Origin: Octopus sinensis
Lineage: Eukaryota
Assembly: GCF_006345805.1 (NCBI RefSeq)
Contig: NC_042998.1
Location: 19,716,001 to 19,780,000, forward strand
Length of the DNA stretch: 64,000 bases
Direction: 5' to 3'
Below are positions 26,591 to 40,369 of the stretch, piece after piece. The notes beneath the pieces were generated by a model. It saw nothing but the letters and a program-made list of their open reading frames with translations. It was not told the DNA's origin and did not search any database. Position numbers and translations under genes: made by a program. How positions within the stretch are numbered: position 1 is the stretch's first letter; each line of letters starts with the position of its first letter.

Positions 26591-27176
26591 ATCATATTTT
26601 AAGTTGTATCGACTGAGTCAAAGCGTTATATATATAACTCTTTGACTCATATATAATATGAGAGAGAGAGAGCGAGAGAGGAGAGAGAGAGAGAGAGAGA
26701 GAAGGAGAGAGAGAGAGGTAATGATGCCAATAAGACCCAAAGGTGTCAGGTAATGCTGAGTATGTGCTATGGACAGACCATAGTTAAGCTCCAAATTCGG
26801 TGATTATGCGAATGAGGAGTCCAACGTAGGCCATATATCAGCATGTGTACTGAATGAGATGAAATTCCAAGGCTGTGAAAGCTTTTAGAACATTTATAAA
26901 TAGAGGATATATTTTATATATCCCTTCATCGGAGACGGAGGGAGAAAAGGGTTAAGCAGTAGTTATTTTAGATAAGATATGAAACAGAGAGTGGATGAAT
27001 GAAAATAGACGTGAAATATGCATGGATATTGCATCTGTTCATCCATTATTTTGGCAGAATTGTATACATATAAGATTCCAGTACCTTGTGAGAAAGTTCC
27101 AATAGTATTTAAAATTTGTCATTCTAAGTATAGAGTGTGTACACGGTGTTATATATACACGGTGTTATATATACAA

Positions 27177-27335
27177 GGGACTTCTTTCAGTTTCCGTCTA
27201 CCAAATCCACTCACAAGGCTTTGGTCGGCCTGAGGCTATAGTAGAGGACACTCACCCAAGGTGCCACGCAGAGGGACTGAATCCGGAACCATGTGGTTGA
27301 GAGCAAGTTACTTATCACACAGCCACTACTACGCT
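27177..27335 (-). mobile_element. SINE family A, 5' part
   Basis: Reverse complement of the family A head and CORE-like segment. Confidence 0.85.
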
Positions 27336-27369
27336 TATGCCGCTATTGCGCATATATATATTTATATGC

Positions 27370-27448
<79 letters not shown>

Positions 27449-27489
27449 TGAAAGAAGGTTTGAAAATGCAATTTTAAAAGATGTTTATT

Positions 27490-27542
<53 letters not shown>

Positions 27543-27585
27543 TTGTGCATCTAATTATGCATTGATGTATATATATGTATAATAT

Positions 27586-27653
<68 letters not shown>

Positions 27654-28249
27654 TTGTATGTGCCTGTTCCTCTGTTCGTGTCTACGTGAATACTTCAATC
27701 ATAGCTGAATTGAATTGTTGAACAAACTGATACCATACCATTAAAGTTTCGATTGACGGTTGTACTAAATGTGAATGGGTGTGCTTAATAGTTGCGTAAC
27801 TTTCACGATGTTTAAACAAAAGTTATGTATGAACGAACTGCATTTAATTTTTAATATGATAGTCATTTGATAATTACATTTGTATAATTTCCATAAAACG
27901 TTCGACACCATATTGGTAGTGATTCAATCTATTTCGGTATGCACGCATGCAAAGTTGTCTTTTTTTTTTTTTTTTTACCTCCTTCGATATTTCAATTTAA
28001 TAATTTCAGTCAGACATCTCGTGAGATGAAGAGAATTTATCTTCTGGCATTGCTTCCGTAACTCTTTGATTTAGTTAATGTACTTCGGCGAAAATATTAT
28101 ATTTTAATAACAAATACATATATTGTACGTTAAACACGCACAGACATAAAGCATTAGTATATTGTGTTTTAAACTGACAAACATCTCATCTAAACGCACA
28201 ACAATGAGATACAACCAACACAAACCTAACAGATTGCACATCATATATA

Positions 28250-28252
28250 TAC

Positions 28253-28283
<31 letters not shown>

Positions 28284-28627
28284 TGATATATATATGATTA
28301 TATATATAACATATATATATATGATATTATATATATATATATTGATAATATATATATACATATATATATATACATATATATTATTATATATATATATATG
28401 ATATATATATATATACATATATATATTATATATATATATATTATATATATATATACACATATATATTATATAGATATAATATATATATATCTATATATAT
28501 ATATATATATTATTATATATATATTATATATATATGAATATATAATTATATATATTATATATATATTATATATATATATATATATAATATATAAATGAAT
28601 ATATATGATATATATATATATATATAT

Positions 28628-28678
<51 letters not shown>

Positions 28679-28685
28679 ATATTCA
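28250..28685. repeat. Long imperfect (AT)n array; similar arrays at about 33785-34410, 41960-42190 and 50085-50650
   Basis: Read directly. Confidence 0.97.
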
Positions 28686-30309
28686 TGTAATCTATCAGTA
28701 AATAATTTAATCACATTAATGATATGTTGGCTTTTCGATAAATAGACTGGGAATAAGTATAGTTAACAAATACAAAAGATAGTAAGTCAGAAACTCATTT
28801 TCACACTGTGTCTTACACATAAACAAGCCCACACACGCAAACACACACACGCACTCACTGGCTCTCTCTTTCTCGCAAAAACACGCACACACACACTCAC
28901 AAACAAACTTATATATTTGTTCGTATCTATTTGCGCATGTAACTAAGTATTGATGTATGCAAGTTTGTATGCATTCGTGTTTCTGAGGCTTTAGGGATAT
29001 TCTGTTCTTTGTTAAAAATCTAACCCTTCCAGCCAAGTTTGGCAAAGTCCACTTTGTATTCCACTAGCAACAAACTACCCGTCTAGGTTCTTTGCCCAAC
29101 GTCACCTAGTGGCCTTCTCCGCATCTTTGGTGATGCAATATATAACCAACCTTTTGCAGCCCCACTAACTCAAAAACCTGTCAGAGCCTTTTAGAATGAA
29201 TATCCCACAATTCTCCGGCAGCGTACTTCAGTTACCTCGCATTCTGCCTGCCAAACCTTCCTTCTACACTGGTCAACAGTTCTTGATATTTGGCAAGCGT
29301 TCTTTCATAGGCCTTCATATATTGTTCTTAGGACACAGTCAGTTTCCACTTGAGTACTTTTTTCAGTGGAATTTGAGATCACTGTCTTATGCTCAAGATG
29401 TTAACAATGCGAAAAACAAAAATAAAACAAAAATAAATAAATAAATAAATAAATAAACAGCTTGAATTAATTACATTTTTTCAGCTGACATAAAAATGGA
29501 ATTTGGTCAAAAGAAATGCTCATATTTGATTGTTGAATGAGAAAAATTAGTCCCCTAGACCCAAAGCTTGTGCGGTCAGTGGTTTCGCTATCTCTCCTGT
29601 CTCATACAAATGATGTTACAAGTATCTTAGCACTGATGAGAACGTATGATTCAATAGTACGGTGAATAAAAATAGAGAGACCCGAGAAAAATATGGTAAC
29701 CAGAACTCTTTTTGTACAAGGTAACATCCTGTAATACATTTGCTGTATCAGACCGGATTCCAGCATCTGGAATACTTGACTAGTCTGTAGAAAATATCCA
29801 CTCCATAGACGTTAACATCCGCATGATACTGACATCAACTGGAAATCTTCACAGAAATAATGATAACGACAGGTCCTACTTAAGGAGAGATAATGAAGAC
29901 GAAGTGACTTTGGTACGATGTCATAGGCTAACTTTAACTGTTCCACGATATCGACAATCAGCATCCAGGATGCGACTGTGGAATGTAAGCATCGTTGTCG
30001 CCGTTTCAGTGAATTGAGTTTCTCTCCAGCTTTGGGAAAAAAAATTATCGCTGCCTTCCTTGTGTTGTACTTTCCAGTCTCAATAAATTTTTTAATAAAA
30101 TTTGCAACCACTTTAAGTACCTGATTGTGTCACCGCTGAATATATATATTTATATATACATCTGTTCAGCTAGATGTATATGTGAGGAGGCATTCAATAG
30201 GCATACTATCAGTACACAAGGGACTGGAAGGTATTTCGCTAATGCCACTGATGTAAAGCTTTATTGGACATGGTAGTGTACCACTGCACTGGTTATCACA
30301 CGGACGCTG

Positions 30310-30658
30310 ATCCGGGTTCATTCCTACTGTGTGGTATCTTGGGCAAATGTCTTCTACTATAGTCTCGGGCCGACCAAAGCCTTTTGAGTGGATTTGGTAG
30401 ATGGAAACTGAAAGAAGCCCGTCGTATATATGTATATATGTATGTGTATGTGTGTGTATATGTTTGTGTATCTGTGTTTGTCCCCTCAACATCGTTTGAT
30501 AACCGATGGTTTACGTCCCCGTAACTTAGTGGCTCGGCAAAAGAGACCGATAGAATAAGTACTAGGCTTCCAAAGAATAAGTCCTGGGGTTAATTTGTCG
30601 CCTAAAGGTGGTGCTCCAGCATGGCCGCAGTCAAATGACTGAAGCAAGTAAAAGAGTA
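30310..30658 (+). mobile_element. SINE family A, 5'-truncated
   Basis: From ccgggttcattcc to gtaaaagagt. Confidence 0.88.
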
Positions 30659-31329
30659 GCCAAGTCATATTCCGCTGTTGGTTGCTTATCTACATTGTCC
30701 ATGCTTCTTGCTGGCTCATTTTCTCGGTCCCGTAATCAGCTTTTTCTCTAAGCATGTGCTGACTTCTTATTAATGGATTTGCTATTTTCCGTTCGTGTTT
30801 CTAATCTAGCGAGTGGAAACTAGCCCTAAACTGAATGCCCTGTCGCCACACAGACACACACAGGAGTTCTTGTTCCTCAACCGTTCTTCTGAAACTTGCA
30901 ACTCTGTGACAGCATTCCACTTCCTATCTGTGCAAATTTCCATACCGGATCCTCGTATTTTTTTATATTTCTTGAAGCTTTGTACTTCTTCGTGGCATTA
31001 ATAGCTCAAATGAGAGGTAAATGACTGATTCGTAATGCTCCGAGCATCAAACTAATACACTTGCTTCGTGTTTCTACACCTGTCTGTCCCTTTTGTTTTT
31101 CTATAAATTTGAACTATATATTCTACGCTCACGTCGTCACCCCAGTTTGATCCTGAAAAAAACTTGCTACCCTTTTGGACCTGCATATCTTAATCGCTTC
31201 CAGATCATTTAGCACCACTCCTCATCCACACACCAACACTTCACCTGCAATACCACTGGATCTTCGTACACTTTTGGACTCTACTTTCACCGATCTCACT
31301 GGCTATTTTCGTTGACGTATATCGCACTT

Positions 31330-31493
31330 TTGAAATTTCTGAAAGTTTTAACACCGTACGTTCTCTTATTCCTTTCTGTCGAAGAGCGTAGACTCGAATC
31401 TTAAAACACTTTTCCAATTTTACCGATCGTCCAACTAATTAATACACTCGTTTGTTGTTGCTACACCTGTCTTCGTCTTTGGATTCTGTAAAC

Positions 31494-31495
<2 letters not shown>
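31330..31495 (+). mobile_element. Penelope-like terminal repeat, degenerate copy of the 13345 family
   Basis: tttCTGTCGAagagcgtagactcGAATC; 3' ctaat..atacac..tttgttgt..tacacctgtcttcgtc. Confidence 0.6.
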
Positions 31496-31524
<29 letters not shown>

Positions 31525-31620
31525 TTGTGTGTGTGTGGTGTGTCTGTATGTGTGTATGTATGTATATGTATGTATATATATATACATGTATATATACATA
31601 TATGTATATATATATTTATG

Positions 31621-31663
<43 letters not shown>

Positions 31664-32758
31664 ATGTTTATTCATGCATGTATGCATATTAATTAATTTG
31701 CACACACACACTGACATACTTACACACATATATATATATACATACATACAGACAAGTACATTCATATACTCATACATTAGGTAACAAATCCTCTTCTCTG
31801 AAGATTTTCTGTATCCATTATATATATGCATCTATACACATTCCTACACAACACACAAACACCCAAATACGCACATATATATACACATACATATATACAT
31901 ATATAAATGCATACATGCTATTCATATATACAAATGTTCGTTAACAAACCCTTGCGTCCAAATATTTTCTGACGAATCTATACTCAGATAAAAACGTTTA
32001 AAGTAGAATTATGCCGGAAAATTATCAGTTTCAGACGGGTTGTTACTAGACACGTGCTTTAGTATACATTCGCAAAGCCTCGCAGCGATTATCGCAGAAT
32101 ATAAAGGAATCGATATAAAACGGATGAGGAGGATGATTATATAGTGGTTCAGTAAATACTTATGCTATGCTTATACGCTTTACACAGAGTGCTTACCTGT
32201 AAACACGGTTTTTATTTTAGCCATTCAGTTCGTGGTTTGTTCTACCGCAACTCGGTATCTTCTTGAATTCTGTTCCTTCACATATTTTAGCAATCTTATG
32301 GACGCCAATTTGTCCATTTTCTAATGTATGAAATTTGATTGGCTTCCATTTGTTTCCGTATTATGATGCGCAAGATTTGTGCAACACGAAAATGTGAAAC
32401 TGGAAGCGACTTGCAAAAAGCTTTGATCAGCTCGGCTCTTCATGTACATTGAAGCGGTGACCAGTTTAATGCAATTTTAGGTTTATACCTCTTTCAGGGA
32501 AGATAGTTCGTAACAGAAGGACTAACATATAAGAACACTGTGTAAGGTGTATCGCAGGGATCGATAGATACTCTCATGAGATATCTCCTTCCTTTCTATC
32601 TGTTTTATGGCGAAGCTTCCATTATGCAATAATCACTGCAAGGTCTTGTGAATGTCTATAAAATCAAATATATATATATCTTGGTACAGCGCTGCTGTAA
32701 ATCACAAATGTTTGAAAGTGTGGAATTACTTAAGTGTTTATATCTTGACAACACGCAT

Positions 32759-32803
<45 letters not shown>

Positions 32804-32949
32804 TCGTATATATTCGTGTGTGTGTTTGTGCATGTGCGTGTGTATGTGTATGCTTGCTTACGTGCGAGGATGCATTTATGCATGCATATACGAGTATAAT
32901 CACACTCAGAAACACGCACATATAAATATGTATACATATATGAATATGC

Positions 32950-32984
<35 letters not shown>

Positions 32985-32988
<4 letters not shown>

Positions 32989-33342
32989 GGTCCCGGGTTG
33001 ATTCGGGGTTAACCACAGTAAATAAGGTACTCAATACATAGCAGAGTAAATTAATTTATTATATAGAAGGAGCTTCTACAGGACTAGAACTGTTTCATTC
33101 AAAAGAAATCATCAGGAAGCTAGTAGACAAGAGTTGTTTTGGCATTTATACATTTAGGCAGGTTTAAATGGGTGGTGGTGGTGGGGGACTTTTTGGGGGG
33201 TAGGCATGGCGCAAAACTGTCATTATTAGGGGAGTGGTCAAAGGAATCGGTGGTAAAGTAGATAAAAGAATAAATAAAAGAATAAAAGAATAAATAGAAA
33301 AATAGAGTTTTAGGTTAGTAAGGAGACTCTCATTTGTACATC

Positions 33343-33379
<37 letters not shown>

Positions 33380-33477
33380 CCACATATTCACATATTCACA
33401 TATATCTATACATATACATACATACCCACATACATATATATATGTATGTATATGTATAGATATATGTGAATATGTGG

Positions 33478-33518
<41 letters not shown>

Positions 33519-33784
33519 GATATACAAGTGAGAGTCTCCTTACTTACCTAAAAGTCTATTTTTCTATTTATTCTTTTATCTACTTTACCACTGATTCCTT
33601 TGACCACTCCCCTAATAATGACAGTTTTGCGCCATGCCTACCCCCAAAAAAGTCCCCCACCACCACCCATTTAAACCTGCCTAAATGTATAAATGCCAAA
33701 ACAACTCTTGTCTACTAGCTTCCTAATGATTTCTTTTGAATGAAACAGTTCTAGTCCTGTAGAAGCTCCTTCTATATAATAAAT
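32985..33784. mobile_element. Penelope-like terminus duplicated in inverted orientation (arms about 33054-33440 and 33440-33784), each arm with a hammerhead motif
   Basis: Arms are reverse complements; hammerhead at 33071-33121 (-) and 33717-33767 (+). Confidence 0.8.
33071..33121 (-). ncRNA. Type I hammerhead ribozyme motif
   Basis: Minus strand agcttc-CTGATGA-tttc-tttt-gaat-GAA-ACAG-ttctagtc-CTGT-A-gaagct: 6-bp stem I, canonical core, 4-bp stem III, GUA cleavage triplet; stem II closes with a U-U mismatch. Confidence 0.75.
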
Positions 33785-33821
33785 ATATATATATATATAT
33801 ACATGCATACAGATATATATG

Positions 33822-33867
<46 letters not shown>

Positions 33868-34371
33868 ATATATAATAATATATATATATGTATATACATA
33901 CATACAGATATATATACATATATATATATATACATATATACATACAAACGCATATATATATACATATATTTTATATAGATATTATATTATATATATTATA
34001 TATATATATATGATATAAAACAAATATAAGAGAGTGGTCAATTCTCTCACCCTTATTAATTAATTATATATGATATATATATATATATACACATTATATT
34101 ATATATATATATATACACATATATATATATATATATATATACATTATATTATATATATATTATATATATAATATATATATATATATACATTATATTAATA
34201 TATATTATATATATATATATAATGTGCATATATATACATATTGCATATATATTACATATATATATATATATATTATATGTATATACATATATATATATTA
34301 TATGTATATATATATGTATATACATACACACAAACACATACACACATACATATATACATACACACACACAG

Positions 34372-34410
<39 letters not shown>

Positions 34411-35154
34411 GCGCCAAATTCACAACATTCCAACTGAATCCCCGAGTAATTCATGATTAAATTGAGCAAAACAGCCGACCGTAATATTGCCGGTCCTTAT
34501 GTTGTTAAATATACTGACTGTCTTTTCGAAGATTCATATTATATTGCTGTTCCCAGTTTTATCATTTTCAAAATCATATAGTTTTCAAAGTGTCCTCCAT
34601 CTCTCTGCAAAATATACTATCTTTTATTACTCTCAGTTCAAATCTACTTGTTGTGTACTATATATGCTAGACTGGATGAAACATAGATATCAATCACATG
34701 AAATAACTGTGAAATCGCCATTCCACTCAGATATATTTCGCAGTTTTTGGATACAAAGCGAACAGACAACAATAGATATAATACATCGATGCTATATTTT
34801 TTCCATTTCGGAACATTGTAAGATAATACATTTCCATTATAGATTTGTTTCTGTAATGGTGTAGACTATTGCAAACATGTTATAGATTAGGTGTGATATT
34901 TCGATCTCTGATAAACAGCAAAGATTATTTTCGAGATATGTATAAATGCCGTTGTCATTATAGTGTTATACAATATTCTCACAAATATCTCTCAGACAAA
35001 CATTATTTGCTTTCATAATACAAAACGTCTTTTCTTCAAATGTATTGCTTATTAAGAGTTACAATAATGGCTTCATATTTATGTGCAAGGCCTGGAGTGT
35101 TATGAGAAGTGGTAAGAATATTACTTGGTCTCCAAGGCCCAATTGTTATTTATT

Positions 35155-35394
35155 TCACCAATTCCTATTTCTTTACTACCTCAAGGGGCTAAACACAGAG
35201 AGGGCAAATAAGGACAGACAAAGGGATTAAGTCGTTTACATTGACCCAGTGCGTAACTGGTACTTTATTTATCGACCCCAAAAGGATGACAGGCAAAGTC
35301 GACCTCGGCGGAATTTGAACTCAGAATATAACGGCAGACGAATTAAGGCTACACATTTCGCCCGGCGTGCTAACGTTTCTGCCAGCTCGCCGCC
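35155..35394 (-). mobile_element. SINE family B, full length
   Basis: ggcggcgagctggcag head to aaagaaata tail on the minus strand. Confidence 0.9.
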
Positions 35395-35715
35395 TTATTC
35401 CGAAAGCATGGAAATCAAAGCTGATGTTCGAGGAATTTAAAATCAGGACGTTAAAACCTGGAAGATATGTCTCTAAACGTTTTGTTTCCCGTACTAATAA
35501 TTCTACCATCCCACCTTAACAACAAATAATAAAGCGTGCGAGTTGTTGGGTGGAGGTAGTGGTTTACTACCTCTCGACCACCACCAACTAGTTTGTTTGA
35601 AATTATTACCATATAATTGACAATTCGCTAACTACCAGATTCCATTACCTTGATTTATGTCAGGAATGCAAAATTACTGTAGCTGCTATTCTTCATATTG
35701 GTATTGTTATTGTTG

Positions 35716-36017
35716 TTCGGGGTCGATTAAATAAGTACCAGTTATGCACCGGGGTCGATATAATCGACTTTATTCGTGTGTCTGTCCTTCTTTGTCCTGT
35801 CTGTGTTTAGCCCCTTGTGGGTAGTAAAGAATAGGTATTTCGTCTGCCGTCACATTCTGAGTTCAAATTCCGTCGAGGTCGACTTTGCCTTTCATCCTTT
35901 CGGGGTCGATTAAATAAGTACCAGTTACACACTGGGGTCGATGTAATCGACTTAATCCGTTTGTCTGTCCTTGTTTGTCCTCCCTGTTTTTAGCCCCTTT
36001 TGGGTAGTAAAGAAACA
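35716..36017 (+). mobile_element. SINE family B dimer, 5'-truncated, TSD-flanked
   Basis: Junction gtaaagaatag/gtatttcgtctgcc; flanks ggtattgttattgtt (35700) and ggtattattattgtt (36018). Confidence 0.85.
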
Positions 36018-36830
36018 GGTATTATTATTGTTACAGCTGCTAGTATTGACATTGTTGCTAGAGCTGACATTGTTTGACTGTTGTTGCGTTTGCGACTGCC
36101 GATGGCGCGGCTCTCTTGTCTACTAAACCCTATGCTTGTCCCTTTCTATTTCATTCACTTCTTTCTATTTTATATATATGAGAACGGTTGGGTGTACAAG
36201 TACAGATGTGTAGCTACCTACTTTGATATTAAAAGTCTCTGGCCAATTTTCTCTCACCACTCCTTCGATGCTGTTGGTAATTTGCAAAATGCGGTTATAT
36301 GTTGAGGCACCAACCACACCAAAGTTCTCAAGGCAGAAGCGCATCTTTTCTTTGAATCCAATAATATTTTCTGATATACGCACGTCATGTGTCCTAGTAG
36401 TCATTACTGGATTATGAAAAGCAATTATAACGCCTATGAGATTACGTAGTCAACCAAGGAGTGTTGTTCATATTACACCGAGGACGAAGGACGTTGACAG
36501 GTCGTTAAAAACGGAGTGGCTTTGTTGTGGTCTTTATACTTCCTTAAATACTGCTGTGTAACAAAATCATGCTTATGGTGGACTCTTTATACGAAGCTAT
36601 ACGGCGGCTCGCAATATAATCTTTAGAAGAACACAGATATTACGAGTTTTGTAAGGTTATGAGAAATATGACTGTGATTAAATGACAGTATGAGATTTAC
36701 AACGATCTCCTACTTACGCGGTAGGACCACCATGTTAACACTCTTGTATTTACAAAGATTTGAACGGTTTGTACACATCCATTACATGGATGATGGTCTT
36801 ATTTCTGAGTTGCTGTTTTGCAGGAAACTG

Positions 36831-37956
36831 GTCAATCCAATATTATGACGTCATTCGTAGGATCTGGAAAGATATTCAAAAAATCTGTAATAAAATTCTT
36901 AGAAATTACAAAAATGTACATTCTGACATACATACATACATACTCATATATACATACACACAAATACATACAAACATACATATGCACGCATATACATGAA
37001 TGCATACATACATATACACACAAATACAGACACACAGAAATACATATATACGTATATACATGCATACATACATATATACTTACAGAATCGATGTTAATCG
37101 TGGTAAACAGATTGTTACAATTGTGAAGTGAAAATAACATCATGGACTTTGATAATGAGAACGTACTCGTAGACAAGATGTATGCATGAATAAAATACTT
37201 CTTACAAAGTTTAAAAACCGAACTGCAAATCATCAAATGTTTGAGAGAAAATTATTAGATGTTATGCTTTCTAAATGAAATTCTGCATGACGCATTCCTA
37301 ATTTGCAAGTAGACTCTGAAAGTCGGTGATAAACTGCACATTCATATCATAGGTTAACCTTCACCCTCCTTCTGCTCGTCGCCATCACCACTAAGCGCAT
37401 GAATGATATATTTCGCTACATATGTTTAATGGTGTAAAAAGTAAATATGTGTGATATGATAATGAGGTAATAAGGATCTTGTGTACGTGGTTAGATATTT
37501 TAAATTTAGTAAGAATGTTGCACCAAACATGTGTAACCATTTTGTTCATAATTAGAGGATTATTACTTAGCAATAAAATACACGAAGGATTATAAAAACT
37601 AATGTTGATAAAACTTGCCTTCTTACATAATACTGGGGAAGAACATATTAAAGATAATACCGAGACGTGTTCTGAAGCCGAGAAAAAGTTTGTCAATCCA
37701 ATATTATGACGTCATTCGTAGGATCTGGAAAGATATTCAAAAAATCTGTAATAAAATTCTTAGAAATTACAAAAATGTACGTTCTGACATATATACATAC
37801 ATACATACTCATATATACATACACACAAATACATACAAACATACATATGCACGCATATACATGAATGCATACATACATATACACACACATACAGACACAC
37901 ACAGATACATATATACGTATATACATGCATACATATATACTTACAGAATCGATGTT
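36831..37956 (+). repeat. 265-bp direct duplication (36831-37095 and 37692-37956), offset 861 bp
   Basis: Both copies run gtcaatccaatattatgacg ... cagaatcgatgtt with few substitutions. Confidence 0.95.
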
Positions 37957-40369
37957 GTTGCTAGGACATTGTATAACGTGATCCGTCGTAGGGTAACCCA
38001 GAGGAGAAAGAATTAAGAAACGACAGTATGGTAGAAGCCATAGCGTCTCATAATAAAAAGGAATATTGATAGGATGTCCCAGTGAGGACCTCAATAAAAT
38101 GTAAACACAATAGACTTGATATAACTGTTTGGAATGGAGAAGAGTAACTATGTACAGTTGTGGAAACCAGCTGCCCAGAGGATGTTAACATAAAGCTGAA
38201 GATCAGAGAATATCTAAGCTGAACTACTGAGAAATCTCAAGTAACTCTACCCAGGTAACAATCTTGGTTTCTTTTTTTCTTCAGCGGACTCCTATGTTTT
38301 CGATGACGGAGAATCCCAATATGCAGAAAGTCATGGTTTCAAGATTTTATATTCTTCCTCTCTTCCCAAATTATACATTAACTTTTTTTCAAATTTGTTT
38401 TTATAATCTACGTGGAAAAATACGGTATATGGAAAAAATTATTTTAGATTTTCTATGAAGAACTCCCAAATTGATCCACACATCCCTCACCACTTCATGC
38501 CGTTTTCTAAAGCTGAAAAGGGACTGCTAAATATAACAGCTAAATGTCTGGAATTTTTCTGTGATTGTATGTGAGCGCGCAACGATTTTTACAGCGTATG
38601 TGAATGAACAGAGAAAGTAAAGAGAAATATGTTTTACATACTTGTCGTCTATGGCGGTTTTATTTTTTCACTTAACAAGGTAAACGGCTCTGATAGAAAC
38701 AAACACGATATTGAATAATTCTCCGTCGTATATCTACTACCCCACCCCTTTTCTTTATTTTTTGAAGTAAAGATAAACGCTTTTAAATTGTGATGGTGAA
38801 CAAGGGGTTTATTCCTTATCGACAAAATTAATTCTCTTGCAAAAGAGAGGGTGGCATTTCACTACTTCTCCATATTTAAATAGAAGACAGAAAATGCTGT
38901 AACCAAAAGCGTTAAAATTTTACTAACTTGATCGATCTGTTACTGAGCCAGGATTTTAATTTCATTTGATACGCACTTTGCTATCATTTATATGATGAAG
39001 TGCGAACACGGCATACACATGGACGCTACACATGGACGAAGTCCCATTTTGGAAGTATGTTAAACTTTTTTCATTATTTTGGAGTGAAGAACACAAACAT
39101 ATGTGCTGAGCCAGTGACTAAACTTGTAGTATTTTGTTGGGATTAATCCAATGAATTGACAGCAAGTTTTGTAAGAAGTACTTTTTTCAAAGAAAATGGT
39201 TGTGTACGGTCCTATCGCGCACACATTCACACCGGCACTTTCACACAATGCTTCCTTGCAGATATATATAATTGTGACTGGATAACGAAATTTGTAAATA
39301 TTTACAAAAACACCATACTCGCTAAATAACAACCGTAACTGTGACCCTAAACCTACGCCAGGGCCGCAAGGGGTCCCCGCGAAGAACTGGAATTGCTATA
39401 ATGTAAAACTTAAAATTCGATGTTACACACATTATATGTAATTTTCAGAAGAAAATAAACAGTAAGGTTTCTAAATAACGAAAGGACCTCATACGGACAC
39501 ACGCCCAGGGAAAACTCATAATACATTGATATAAATCATTTAATTCATTCGGTCCTTTAGGCAATATACACTTTAGGATATCTTTCAATTTCTATGATGA
39601 ACTTTATATATTTCAAAGTGACATAAGTTAGAGATATTTCAAATAATTGTTCGTGGAAAGGACCTAATACAATTAGTTAGAGTACACTCGATATTTCATA
39701 TTTAAATCCGATGTGACTATTTCTACTTGGATAGGGATGAAAAAATGTTTATATCTTGATAAACTTCAAATACATATTTTGGATATTTTTGAAAGAACGC
39801 GCCTTATCAACTCTTGATATTTCACAGTTATTCGATGTATTTATTCTTGGATATGGATTGAAAAATATTATATGCTGATAACTTTCATTACGTATTTTTA
39901 ATATTGTTGAAGTAACTGGAATTTAAATCAGATGCGAGTAAGTATAGAGAATTATAGAGAATATCGTATGCTGATAACTAGCATTAAATACTAGCCAGCA
40001 AAGGGGATGCGACGTCTCGCCTCCCAGAGGGGGGCTGCGGCCCATTTTATATCCTTCTCTATACCCTTCTCAATTATATCACCGATAAAAGGGAAGGAGT
40101 TTGAGAAACCTCTACCCTTGAGAAACCTCTCTCGTGAGCATCCCCTGAACCCTCCATAAAGATGTACATGTATATATTTGATATTGGAAAGGGTTAGAGG
40201 CGATGTCATGCACCCTACACGAGCCAAGCTAACTTAATGTTGGCATTTTCTCTCTTTACAATATATTTGATTAGAAGAAAGAATATGTTGTTACAAAAAG
40301 TGTTAAAACTTTACTAACTTGATCGATTTGCCACTGAACCATTTATCATTTATAAGGAGATTTGCAAGA

